Positions 43,943-58,000 of a stretch of 64,000 bases of DNA are shown here, one piece after another. The notes below the pieces were generated by a model that was not told where the DNA came from, searched no databases, and worked only from the letters and a program-made list of their open reading frames with translations. The DNA comes from Selaginella moellendorffii (lineage: Eukaryota; Plantae; Lycopodiophyta), in assembly GCF_000143415.4 (NCBI RefSeq), contig NW_003314291.1, positions 232,674 to 296,673 of the forward strand, read 5' to 3'. Each line of letters starts with the position of its first letter. Position 1 is the first letter of the stretch. The translations under genes were made by a program, and so were the position numbers.

Positions 43943-45067
43943 AGGAGTGGAAATCTCTAATACTCAAATGTATCAAACTTAAGATCACTTAAGAGAGAGA
44001 ATTAAAACGACTTAGTACTAGAAAGATCTCAAAACATTACTTGCTGAAAAATCTCGAGAATTCTATACCTCTACTCTACCTCTTTAATGCATGTATACAA
44101 CTTCTCTCTAGCTCCACGGGAGAAACTTTCCTCTGCTCATTCTGCAGCGCAAGTGAGAGGAAAACGAAGCCGACAAGCTTACTGGTGCTCGAGTGACTCC
44201 ATTCGAACCAACTATTTGCTTTCTTTGTTCGAGTGATTCGATTCTCTGTTTTTATTGAGGAACTCTGTTGCAAAGTGACTATATATCAAAACCATGTTGT
44301 CAGAAAAGTGTAAAAAAAAATCCTAAACTTGTGGACCGGACTTTGTAGTGACTGCGTGTTATACTTCAGCGCATTTCATCTCATCATCCCCAAGAGTTTC
44401 ACCCTGTTTCCTCGCCTCTTCTTTCATTTCCGTCTGCCAGCGGTGTAAGAGCTTGAAGGCTGGCCCCCGTCAGGTCACTGGAAAAAGCTTCAGTTGTCCA
44501 AGTCCTTTTCAATTTCCTTCAAAAGCCTTAGCTCCATCTTTTTCTACTTCTGCTTCTCTTTCTTCAAGTCTGGTTGATCAGGGCCTGCTGGTTTACGCTT
44601 CACGGCACAACTATTGCTGCTGTCTCTTGCGGATTACAATTAGCAAACATTAGAAAACAAAATCTAGCATAGCCATTGACTTACAGCGCTCCATTATCTA
44701 GTGCAGTCTGGTCGTTGGTGATAGTCAGAACGGTGCTGGCTTTGGACTTTTCACGTTGGCCAGCCACATTTTAGGTGCCGTGATCAATCCTGCCCGGAGT
44801 CTGCATTCTTGACACAACAGGAAAATCCATGCCCGAGTCTCGAACTGGATCTCCGCATCGTAGAGAAGTAGGATCATGCTGGATATCATGAGGCAATAAT
44901 GCGTCATACCCCAACTTGAGTCTCTGCAGTACCTGTTGTTCCTCGTCAAGGAGTAGCAAGTTAACGTTGTTGATCATTGAGTATGCTCAAATCGTTTTCG
45001 AGTGCTTGATGAGCCTCATAATGACTACTCGATGTTGGTGGAGTTCTTGCAGGCGAAAGTAAAAAAT

Positions 45068-46130
45068 TTATAAGCTCTTAAGTTGCCAGTCACCTTCAGG
45101 AGGCCCCCACACTTGTCCACAACTTTCTCCGTTATTACCATTCTCACTTGACCCTGAGCATGTTTTTGGTTTGGGAAGGCACAATTTCAAGCTGTTTTCC
45201 TTTCCCAAAAGCCCCATCTCACCTATGCTGTCAAGCATATCAAATTTTCGGGTGGTGACGAAGATCTTGCTTCCATTCTCTTGTACCACATTAAACAGAT
45301 CCAAAAGATGGCCAGATTCATCCAACACCAGCAAGCACCTCTTCCCTGCAAGCCGCCTCCTCAATGTTTCATTGCTGACACGATCTTCTAGTCGATTTGT
45401 TTGGCAAGTTCGTCTTGCTTTGCTTCCACCTGAAAAGATGCAACCACAGTAAGTAAGGTGTCGAACATTGCTTAAGCTGTGAAAGGAACATACCTGACAC
45501 AACTGATTGAATGTTAGCCACAGAACTGGATCAAAATGGGCCTTGACTTGGTCGTTGTCACATATGCGTTTGGGCAAGAGTGTTTTTCCAGCACCTCTTA
45601 CTCCATGGACTCCGATCCACTTGCTGCTTACAGGGGATCCCAGCAAGTCTGATACAACCTGCCCCACCGTCTCTTCCATGCCAAAAGTGTGGCCATCCAA
45701 GGACAACATGCTGTTCTTCCTTTAGAACCACATTAGATGGTACCTTATTCAACGTAACTCTGTTCAGAAGCTCAACCCCCAAGATTTCGAGGAGCTGCAG
45801 CCAAGTGCCCTTCAATTGCCTTGGAGGAGTGGCCAATCTTGGTAGCAAGTGCTATCCTGGAACAAAATCACAACTCAATCAGGCAAGAGGAGCACAACAC
45901 TAGCCAACCTCTTTGGGTGTTTGTAGAGATTGGCCCTCAAGAACAAGAGGTTTAGCCTTTGCAACCTTACTTTTGAGTTTCAGCCAGGTATCCAAGCGCG
46001 AGGAGCTCAGAGAGCCTTCAGTAGCAATATTCACGAGCAGACCCGATGCTTTCAAGGAATATTCCAACTCGCTGCAGTGCTCCTTGCAATGAATGGCAGA
46101 CCTTGGAAAGCCCAATCATCACTTCATTGA
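45068..46130 (-). pseudogene. NLR-type NB-ARC pseudogene with a helical (possibly RPW8-like) N-terminus
   Basis: P-loop IGVHGVRGAGKTLL, HFDPVLWLT, kinase-2 CLLVLDE, GSKIFVTTR and damaged GLPL; N-terminal part is split over several frames. Confidence 0.8.
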
Positions 46131-46271
46131 CAGCTGCAGAAACAAGCGCACTCAGCACACCGGTACAAGCCGGTCAACCTTTCTCTAAGAAAGTCAGCAA
46201 TTCGGTCAACGGTCTCGAAGTTTAATATGAGCTTTGAGCTAATTAGCACTTAGGGTTCTGGCGCAGGAACG

Positions 46272-47037
46272 ATGCATTCGTTCCTGTTGAGAGGGAATGC
46301 GGTGCTCACTTTCGCGCTCACGGTCCTGGCCGTGGCTTGCGTCTTGGCATCGCTCACCGACACGCTCCACTCCTCCAAACCCGAGGTTAATGTCGAGGTA
46401 CGGGATCGTGGTTTTGTTTGCGCTTCGATTTTTTGGCTCACGGATCCATTTCTGGCTGGATCGGCTGGCTTGTAGATCTTGAGCGTGGATGCGTTCGGCA
46501 GGAACCCCGGCGGCAATGACGAGGTTGTTTTGACACTGCACATATCGGCCGACCTTCAATCGGTCTTTACATGGAACACAAAGCAGGTGTTTTGATTTTT
46601 CTTTGTTTGTTCTCCCATCTTTGTGTTGGGTTTTTTTTCTTGCTAGCTCTTCGTGTTTCTGGCGGCCGAGTATGAGAGCTCCAAGAACGTCTTGAACCAG
46701 GTAAGAGATCTTCCTACAAGTGTTTAGTTGAGATTTCCAAGCTCGGCTGGGTTTCCTCTCTTGCGCAGATTTCTATCTGGGATTCGATCATCCAATCCAA
46801 GGAAGACGCGAAGATTCAGCGAAGAACTCGCAACAAGTACTCCTTCGTCGATCAGGTGACAAAAGAAAAGAAAAAATCCCGCAAAACAATGGATTTGTTT
46901 TTTTTTTCCAGGGAAGCAATCTCCGCGGCAAGGATTTTAACCTGACACTGCACTGGAACATCATGCCCGTAACTGGGGCAATGTTTTCCGAGAAGAGAGT
47001 GCTCACAGGCTTCCGCCTCCCTAAGAATTACATGTAA
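46272..47037 (+). CDS. SPCS3: Signal peptidase complex subunit 3 (SPC22/23), 5 exons
   Basis: [46 protein letters not shown] and LHWNIMP. Confidence 0.95.
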
Positions 47038-47424
47038 GCTCATTAATCTCTCTGTTTTGGACTACACATTAAGAGATTATGAACGAAATAATTGGCCCTT
47101 TTTTGCTTAAAATCTTTTTTAGAGCTTAATCTCATTTCTATATACATCATTTTTGGTTTGTTTAAGTAAAACTTAGAATGGTAATGAATATACTTAAAAT
47201 ATTCTGGGATATTTTACAATTTAAATGCGCATTATATTAGTGTCTAAACATTCAAAATATTTATAGCAGACCAAAAATTTCATTATTATATTTTACCAGG
47301 TTCTCAAATTATTAGGTTACAAATTTATGTTTCTTTTAATTGGTCCCGATAACCGTCAGTTTAAACTAAAATATTACTACATGTTACAAATTAATTACTA
47401 CTTAGCATAATATGTTACACGTCA

Positions 47425-47464
47425 TTTTGGCGCCAAGAGATGCTTAATCTTTTGGCGCCAAGAG
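47425..47464. promoter_or_regulatory. Tandem E2F-type sites upstream of alpha-tubulin
   Basis: TTTTGGCGCCAAGAG twice (47425-47439, 47450-47464); fits TTTSSCGS. Confidence 0.55.
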
Positions 47465-47596
47465 TCGTCCCGCTTACACTCTCCTGGGGAGTGCTCTTTT
47501 AGAGCCCGATTTTTGTCCAAAGGGCTGCGGGACTCTCTGCTTCACCCAGTGAGTCGTTGCACGTCAAGATCAACAGCACCATAGCAGCAGGACAAG

Positions 47597-49121
<1,525 letters not shown>

Positions 49122-50299
49122 ATAACCAAACGCAGGCGCTGTAATTTTTACGAGACAGATAAAGATGCCTTCACCGCCTGTATGTCTGCTGCGTCGTGTG
49201 TGTGCAAACCCGCAGGTGGAAGAACAGTATCCTGGACACAGCAACTCGTCAAGTTGGCTCTAGTAAGGCGTTTACCATTGGCATTTTTGAAATTTTTATC
49301 ATTTCTCTTTGTTATGAATGGCTGACTTCGAAGCCCAATCACTACGTTGACCCGTGGGATCAAGATTGGCCATGACTGCAAACTCTATGTTTTGCTACAT
49401 ACTGCCAAATTACTTACTGACATAATCTGCTCAACGGTTCAATCACAACTAAAACCAATTTTTATAAAAGCTTTTGGGTTTTAGGAGCACAGACATGGCA
49501 TAATAATCTATATCCCTCAATCTAGCCCTTTAATGAATCAGGGTCTGCCTTTCTAGATTGCGAGGAATATCTGTTTTTCTTTTTTCTTTTTCTTTTGCAA
49601 AGTGCTATGACAAATGTTATAGCTAAATGTTAAAAAGATTAAGATTTTATTAACAATTTCAATTTACATCCCCAGTCAAATACAAAATATTAAGATCATT
49701 GATAAAGGCTATCTAATGGTTGCAGGTGTGTTTATAAATGCTAAATTTGTTTATAATTTATAAACTTTTCTAAATAGCCAGTCACACAACAATACACCAT
49801 CTTGGTGCAATTGGAACACAGTAATTATAATTATAATTTTCAAGTTTCTAATGATCTGCACCTTGGTCTTAGCTGCAGGGGAAGAAAGTCATATAATGTG
49901 AATGTATCTACCATATGTGAATAATTATGTTTATTATTAAAAAATGGTTGATCTAATATCTAGCATCAATAGTCCAGTATATACTCTAGGTATATCCTTT
50001 CAATATTCTAGAGTTTTTTTTAGTTTTTTTTAACTTTAAATTTTATTATATTTTTATTAAAAAAAATAAAACAGGTATACAATAAAAGAAAGCAAAGAAA
50101 CACGAAGTAATTGAAAATATTGTAAGTAAAACAGTAACAGAACATTGACATAAAATAAAATATATAATTTATGAAAAATTAAATGATTTGCTTGGAACAT
50201 TATTTGGACATTGACTGCTTGGTTGACTTATAAAGGTCAACACAAGGAAGGTGCAATTTTTGCTAAGTGACAGTGGCAATGAGAAGATATTCATTTTCA

Positions 50300-50494
50300 C
50301 AAGTAACCATTCGGAAAATCTTAACCCTGCTTCGCAGTGATCGTATGGATCTTCAAGTGCATCTCACTTACTACAGGTTTGAGGCGCTCAAGGCGCTCAT
50401 GAAAAACTACATGCAAATTGAGGAACATAAAGTGGATAAGTTGATAGAGTCTCAAAAAGAAGACCACAAGGCCGGTCTCCCAGCACATTTATAG
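50300..50494 (+). pseudogene. BCS1-like AAA-ATPase C-terminal fragment
   Basis: LLRSDRMDLQVHLTYYRFEALKALMKNY resembles the family motif LLRPGRMDMHIHLSYCxFEAFKxLAKNY; isolated in AT-rich DNA. Confidence 0.7.
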
Positions 50495-50678
50495 AAAGGA
50501 GAAGAAAAAAACAGAATACTTAAGAAATATAGTTAAAAGAAAAGTATAATATGGCACCTAATCCTTTTTATTCGAATTTCATTTCTTTTCTCGATACAAA
50601 TATATATATATATATATTTGTTTCGTTTGATACAGAACGGATTTTTTTTTCCTTTCCTCGTGTTATTGTTTTTCCATC

Positions 50679-53373
50679 TCATTGCATATAATAGACAGGC
50701 CCTGGCATTCCAAACGGTTGAGCGCCTCCATATTGCATTGGCGGAGGAGCAAAGTGCGAAGGCTGAGAGAAAGCACCTGGCATTGGCCCCGCCATTGGAG
50801 GCGGCGGCATTTGCTGCTGTGGAGGCATGGGTGCCGGCGGGGCGCTGTAAGCCATGGCGGGCATCATCGCTTGCATCTCCGGGACGCCCTGTGTGTGATC
50901 CCATGCCGCGTACGCCGTGTACTCGGCACCCCCGGGAGAGGTGGCCGGGGCCTTTCCCAGCACCGATGGCGATTGAGAGGAAGTGTAGTCTCGGCTCCGG
51001 TCGTTGTTAACCTGTGCGGAAGGACGAGAACTTAGAAAACGAGCTCTACCAGCGAAGAAGCTTTCTTAGCTTTTGCGAGACTGCTTACCCGTACCTTTAC
51101 ATTCAGGTCTGTGTGCCGGGAGTAAGAAAGGTGTAGCTTGCAGTATCCACCTTCGTATATACAGTGGCCCTCCAGGGCCTCTTTGGCTGCCACTGCCGTG
51201 GTTACGTCTGGAAGAACAAGCTTTCGTTAGCTATGAGCCTCCAAGGAAAAAACTATACACGCATCAATCGTACCAGCATATTGTATCAACGCTTGGAAGC
51301 CAGCGTTCTTCTCGAAGATAGCGATCTTCTGGATGGGACCAAAGGCGGCAAATACCTGCGGACAGAGAGCACAGCACACGGAGAGTTAGTGCCTCCCAGT
51401 CGTTTGAGTGTAAACAGCAAAGTATCTACGACAAAAAATAAAAACCCAGGCAAGAATACCGTGTGCAAGACATCAATCGTGACTGAATATTGCATATTTT
51501 CTATCGAAGCAAGTAAGACATTACTTTCAGGTTCCTTCCTCTTGCCATCAGGTCCAGTAGTGTATTCCTGCAAGAAAATCGAGTCGCATTAGGAAAGAAG
51601 AGATTTTTCAAGGCTCTTACCTGGCTAATACCATTGATCGCTGATGGAGCAACGGGCAAATAAGGATTTGTGTAGTCCCTGGAGTTAGAAAAGGAAAAAA
51701 AGAAAAGAAAAATGAGAATGGGTTGAGAATAACCTGGTGCTACCTGCTGCGGTGACTCTGAAATTTTACATTCAAATCAGTATGAGCAGAGAACGAAATA
51801 CGAAGATGGCAAGAGCCGACGTGTTCTGGAAGTAAATATCTGAAAGACAAAGAAGTGTTAGTAAACGAGCACCAAAATCTGGGCTGCCTACCTAGGAATG
51901 CTTCGCCCGTCTAGAGCTTGTCTAGCAGCAGATGCAGTGTTTGCATCACTAAACTGTACCAAAGCCTACAAACTCGAGCAGGTCAGAAGCTGGGCAGGAG
52001 AACAAGATAATTACCTGAAAACCAGCAGTTTTCTCAAACGTTGCTATCTTATGGACAAATCCGAATGCTGAAAATACCTGCGTTCAATCAAAGTAAACAT
52101 TTTTAAGAACAGAAGTCTCAAGAGCTCGTCCAAACCAGCCAAAGCAGCCACAATTCAAAACTACATGCAGGAAATCAAACGAAAACAAATAAATGCTGCC
52201 TATCCGGCAGAATGGAAAACATCCAGCAGCTCGTAGCCAAATACGATTCCTGAGCTAAAGTCCTCCAGGCTAAAGAAAGTAGAAAGCGAGCAAAGGAGAA
52301 AAGCGAAAGCCAAATAGGATGGAAGGAAAAAGAAACAATCACGAACTACGAGCTTCTAATGGTTGGAAAAAACTAGTAGGGGTCGAGAGAGCAGGGATCG
52401 AAAACGAACACACATGCGCTTTCTCCCATGCAGCAACCTGCCATCGAGGGTGCAGCCGTGACATGGACCGTGTAATCCATGTATCGTTACGTCAAACACC
52501 CAAACCAAGCATAAAACAACCCATTAAACGACCTGCAAGTAAAAATAATGAAGGAGCTGAAAACCAAAACGTGAAAGTGTATAGACGTGTGACCAAATCG
52601 AAAACGAGCTTGCAAAAGTGAGAGTGAAAAAAGAAAAAGAAAAAGAAACCAAGCCACAAAACATAGACTTACCAAGTGTAAGACGTCAATGCTCACGTCG
52701 CCAGCCTCCACACCCTCAATGGTAACGAGCAAAACGTTGCTGGCAACGTCACCGGTGTTCTTGCTGTTTACAATCTCCTGCCGGTTGGAGTACTGTAAGT
52801 ACACAGTCTTCCCCCTCACTTGCGCTGGCTCCGACGACGAGGCGTAGAAGGAGACCATCGCAATCGCTTGGTTTAAATCGGCCTACAACAAGAGATATAG
52901 CTTAGGAGTTCGTAAATCAAAACAGTTTCTAAAGAAGAAGAACGAGGCAAGCAAAGTATACAAGACCACCTTTGCCAGAAAAGTCACGAGAAGAACCAGC
53001 AGTAGCAGTGAAAGCAAGCACAAGGTATCAAAGAAGCTCGTTTGTGACAAAGATCATGGACCAGCTAGCTTAATTTTCAAAAGAAAACAAAACCAAGCAA
53101 GCAATTCATGGCGCTGGAGGAAAAAATCTCCAAGAAAAAATCCAAAAACAAAGCAAACCAAGCAAAAGGGAATGGAGGCGAGCTTACGAATTCCACGAAT
53201 GCCTGGTTCCGGTTGGTTCCCACATTGCATTTGGTATTGACGACCTTGCCAAACATCTTGCACAGTTCGATGAGCTCCTCCTCGGTACACTCCCACGGCA
53301 AGTTCCGGATGTGCAAGACCTTGGACGGGGGCTGTGTGTATCGAAACTGGGGCTGGCTGGCTGTGGAAGTCAT
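50679..53373 (-). CDS. PTB: Polypyrimidine tract-binding protein (plant PTB1/2 clade), multi-exon
   Basis: QFRYTQPPSKVLHIRNLPWEC, QVRGKTVYLQYS, VFSAFGFVHKIATFEK, SNVLLASIENMQY and a Pro/Met/Gln-rich tail. Confidence 0.95.
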
Positions 53374-53639
53374 GCTTGCTCACTCAAACCCTAACGGAAT
53401 GCTGCCTAGAAGCCCCGGCCTGGAATTCCAGCCATTACCAGCAGCGAAATTCGATGCCGAGCGATCAGAATATCGCGGCAATCAGCGCCCGGCCAGCAGA
53501 GGAGGAGCTATCCGCGACGGTGCCGATGACGACGACGAGATCCTCAGCACTCGCAAGCGCCGGAGTACGGCAAGCTGGATCATCAAGCCCCGATCACTGG
53601 CGCCCTAGCGATTCCTCCTTCCCTAGCGAGAGGCGTGAC

Positions 53640-53712
53640 ACGGAGAGAGGGAAGGAGGAGAGAGAAAGAGAGAGGAAGAGAGAAAATGAGAGAATGAGAG
53701 GAGAGAGAGAGA
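53640..53712. repeat. GA-rich microsatellite (CT-rich on the PTB sense strand)
   Basis: Direct reading. Confidence 0.8.
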
Positions 53713-54027
53713 CAGTTTTAGGGCTTGTAGCGATAGGGCTGTGCTTGTTGTATGGAGAAGTTACCACTCATTCCGTTGCGTGTTCGATCCTCGTGGCCAT
53801 TTTTCTATCTCTGGGAGGAAAGAAAGAGTTCGCGGTTCGATTCTCATCCCGCCGCCCATAGTCAGTCAGCGAGGGTTGACATGTCAACGATAGTCAACGC
53901 TATTGCGAACGATCTCTATTGAAATATCTGAATGATCCAAAAGAACACGAGAAGCTCCGGTCAATGAGCTTTGATTGGAAATCCACACGCAGTCAACGAG
54001 AATGCGAAGAAAGCTTCTTTCAAGTCT

Positions 54028-55008
54028 TTAGAGCTGGATTGGAACTCTGGATGATCCAGAAGAATCACCCCCCAGCACGTCCCAGGTGAGATCGGCGATT
54101 GGCGTGCTCTTGTGCAGGCTCTCGTCAATCTCCGCCCAGTGATCACCGTCCATCACGCCTTTGCCGCTGCTAGATCCATTCTGGGCGCTAGAAACCCCGC
54201 CCGGCCCTGGCTCCGATTTTGCGCGACCCATATGCTCCATTTCCTCGATTTCTCGCGGCTGATGCTGCTGCCGCCGCTGCTTGAAACACACTCTGTTGGA
54301 CAGGGCCTCGATCTTGGCATCGAGCATAGATGGACTTCGCGAGAAATCTCTAGAAATCGGGATAGACATGCTCGGCATCGAAGGCGAGGAGGAGGATGAA
54401 GAGGACGAGGAGGAGGAGAATCGGGATCGCAAGTGGTGGATCAAGTGGGGGAAATTGAGACGCGCGTACTCACCTCGGAGCTTGTAGGCGGCTTGATCGT
54501 AGGCAAACGCGGCCTCCTCGGCGGTCTCGAAAGTTCCCAGCCATAGCCTGGTCCGATTCCTGGGCAGCCGGATCTCCGCTACCCATTTGCCCCAGTGCCG
54601 CTGCCTCACCCCGCGGAAAAGCTTGGTGCCAACAACGGGCGATGATCGATTGCTCGTGCTCTCGACCAAATTCTTGTCCAGTGCTGGGATCTCGATCGAG
54701 CCGGTGCTGGAATTGAGGATGATCTGCTGCTGATTCTCGCGATTGTGGCCTGGATTCACAATGCTGCTCGTGAGATCGATGCTCCCCTGCTGGAAAGAGG
54801 CCACATTGATGAGAGGGATTTGGCCACCCAGAGAGAGGATCTGTGGGTAATTGGGCGTGGATTGGTGGTGATGGCGATCTCCCAACAACCATGCTGGGGA
54901 TTGAGCTAGGGGTATTTGTTGATCGCCATCGCGTATAGAACTTGAGCTTGCCGCAGCTAGATCGATCAAAGCACTTATTGCATTGTCACTTCGAGGGCGA
55001 TCCACCAT
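54028..55008 (-). CDS. AP2/ERF transcription factor, DREB A-6 (RAP2.4-like), intronless
   Basis: [31 protein letters not shown]...[15 protein letters not shown] and C-terminal LTWD; first ATG at 55008. Confidence 0.93.
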   Translation of the reverse strand: MVDRPRSDNAISALIDLAAASSSSIRDGDQQIPLAQSPAWLLGDRHHHQSTPNYPQILSLGGQIPLINVASFQQGSIDLTSSIVNPGHNRENQQQIILNSSTGSIEIPALDKNLVESTSNRSSPVVGTKLFRGVRQRHWGKWVAEIRLPRNRTRLWLGTFETAEEAAFAYDQAAYKLRGEYARLNFPHLIHHLRSRFSSSSSSSSSSSPSMPSMSIPISRDFSRSPSMLDAKIEALSNRVCFKQRRQQHQPREIEEMEHMGRAKSEPGPGGVSSAQNGSSSGKGVMDGDHWAEIDESLHKSTPIADLTWDVLGGDSSGSSRVPIQL

Positions 55009-58000
55009 CTTGTCACTAGATTTTGGCAACGATCGAATCAAGCGTTTTGCTCGATCGCTGGGCCAGGAATCTCCATCCACTGGGGCAGAGAAAGAGCCAG
55101 CAGTCCCGGCTTCCAAGAAAAGGGACGAGTTTTTAAAATGGAATGTAGAGGAGAGGATGAGCAATGTGTGTGGAGAAAAAAAGAGAGAGAAAGAAAGGGG
55201 AAGAACACCTAAAGCCAAGGCCGAGGAATCAAACAAAGCAGCTATATTAGATTCGGCTGCGCTGTGAATTGTGATCTGGCTGATTTGTTTTTGCCGGGGT
55301 TATAACTGTTGCTCGCGCGTGCTCAAAGAATTTTGCTCTTGAAAATGGTTTCTTCGCTCATTGATTTAGACCTTGGAGAAATCGAAGCCCTAAAGTCTTT
55401 CCTTTAAAAACCCTGACCGGCGGTTAATGTCGTTAAATACTGACGTGGAATTTAAGCGAACGTGGCCAGCATCCATTCGCGGGGCTGCCTCGTGAGTCAT
55501 CCCTTATATTGGCCACCTAACTCAGTAAAAGGGGAAAAGTGGGGGACCATGTCATAGCATCTGTCAGGACGCGTGTGCGTTGCTCTTTTTCTCGTGCACG
55601 GACAGCTGTCAGCTCTGCCCTGGCCAGTTAGGTTTCTTGTGTGACAATGTAGCACATTACTATGATGGGCGAAACCATATAAAATATTTCGTCAAACAAT
55701 GTCCCGGCGTTTGATTAGAGTATGGTATGATGTCATGGGTTTGTGTATTTTTAGTGGAATGGCCCAGCAAACAAGCATGATCGCTTTCATGTGACTACCA
55801 TCCTTGTGGCGATAGACGTGTCTTTGCTTTAGCGTCTTATTGTGCCCACCACCACAAAGGAAAAGAAATGGAGAAAAGCTAGAGGATTGAGGCGACGATA
55901 GATCACTCCAATCAGTACTTTGGGCCTTGTTTTCTCAATCCTCTCCTCCTTGGCTTGATTCCACTTTGGTGAGAGTTCCAAAACTTCCTCTTGCATCGTC
56001 CTTGGGAGTATGCAGAAGTATGAAAGACTTGTAAACTAGAGACAAACACACATGCTTAAAGCGGAGGCTAAGAGTTATCAAAATCATAGTTTTGGTCAGC
56101 ACAACGCATGGTCCACCAAGTTTTAGAAGCACTCACTTGGTCCCCACACTTACACTTTCGCGGGAAAACGCTGGAACTTGGAACTTGGAGTGGCAATCAA
56201 GGCACAGATATAGATCGAGCATCCATAGCTATAGCTAGATCCTTTATATCCTGGTGGAGTTTTCTTAGGATAAGAAAAGATACTGTGATGGATAGCGATG
56301 CAACAAGCTTGTTCAATGATCTTCCATCACGAGGCAACTGTTTGGAGATGGGCCTCTGTTTCACGTCATCGTCCGAGGAAGAAAAAACTATTTCGTAGGA
56401 GACAGCCTTTGGCAACAGGCATTTACGCTTCTGTGGAAAAGAATGGTCGAAGTGTTTGAAGTGCTCACGCCCACCGTATTGTCTCAAGATCCGTTTGTGA
56501 ATCAATCCTCCTCCTAAGTCACAAAGGTGTTAGGAAAACTTGCAACTGTTTGCAGCCTTGAGGAGGGCGATTGATCACGCTTTTCGGCAGTACCAGGTAG
56601 GAAATGTAAAGCTCACGCAGAATGTGATGTGAAGGAGTGAATGCTGCCTTTGAGAAAACCACGCATGCCTTTTTGACCACCTACAAACACAAGGCGAACC
56701 CATCCTTGGATCAACTTGACGTTGCTACAAACTACCCAAGTGGGAAATTTCATCGACGGCGCAGGGTCCTTTTGTAGTCCTGGAACGTGTGATAAAATTG
56801 CTACACTTTTCCTTCTGTCACAGAGCTTGTCCACGCTTCCGGATACTAGATGCTCGTCATGCGTACTTATGCAAAAATACCATGTTTTGCACAGCTCGCG
56901 ATGTAATTCCTCCATCAGGTGTGTGAGATGGATCTGTTTTATCTGTCCAATGCGGGCGATTGTTTCATTGAAAGAGTGATAAACCATTGATGAAAGTTGT
57001 ATATATACAAGCAAATAGCCATAGAATAGTTGTGAGGTATATGATATATGGTATACATGTAAATACCTGACAAGTATTTGAATTTAGAATATTTCTTGAA
57101 AGTGCAATCAGAAGTGTGGTTTTCATTTATGCATAGTTTTAAAGTCTTTATTATCAAAAATTCTTATAATATCCAAACTTTATAGTTATTAAATTTACAA
57201 GAATATAGAGATAATAAATTTTTGTTTATAATATTATTTATCATAAGTATAAGAAATAATATAAACATTTAAACATATATTTTTATCATTCACTCCTTAT
57301 TTTCCAATGACAGAATGACCAATTAAAATTCAAAAACTTTTAGGTATATTATAAGGTTTATTTGCTAAAAAACAAATGAAATGTTATTCATACCTACTTC
57401 TATATAAGAATATTAAATAAAACTAAATAAAATAACTTGTTATTAAATTTAAATTATATTATAAAAACATTATATTTTATATAAATGTTCCAAGATATCG
57501 AATAAATAGTTTAATAATAATCATATGTTATATTGCATCACTTGCTTGTATAAAAATATTTTTAAAATATAATTGAATAATTGAGATTAAACTAGGTATA
57601 TATTTGATTTGATTGCAATACACTTATTACTCTTAAATTAATTATCAAAACTGTAATATACTATATGTAGGGTACATATATATATCTAATTATTTAAATA
57701 TATTTAGCATTTTAATTTTTTGATGTTATAAGTGTATGATAGAATACAAAAATATACATATTAATTAACCCAAAAACAGTACCTTATATATAGGAGCAAA
57801 TGATGGGGATTGAAACCAATTTGACGGCTATCAAAATCCCATTACACTAATTTTAATGTATAACCATTAATATTAATATATGGCATTGTAATTGTACACT
57901 TGAACCTTACATCATCCTCTCTTCTCAGAAGAATAGAAGTTAATCAAAGTCTTTTGGTTAATAGGCTAAGATTTAGAGGAACATTAAGAGGAAGCATTAG

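Larger units (their letters stand above)
34560..44170. repeat. Three-unit tandem segmental duplication (units start at about 34560, 39260 and 42185)
   Basis: Near-identical upstream blocks (ccatatggtttaagta...ggagcccggttgctgagatc...), IFRD CDS and 3' flanks. Confidence 0.95.

Noticed and set aside
34560-44170. Helitron as carrier of the IFRD/NB-ARC/TWD40 mosaic
   Set aside because: No convincing 5'-TC and 3' hairpin-CTRR termini found at unit boundaries
55935-57014. Minus-strand ORF pieces faintly reminiscent of a TIR domain
   Set aside because: Similarity too weak to support by eye; needs an HMM search
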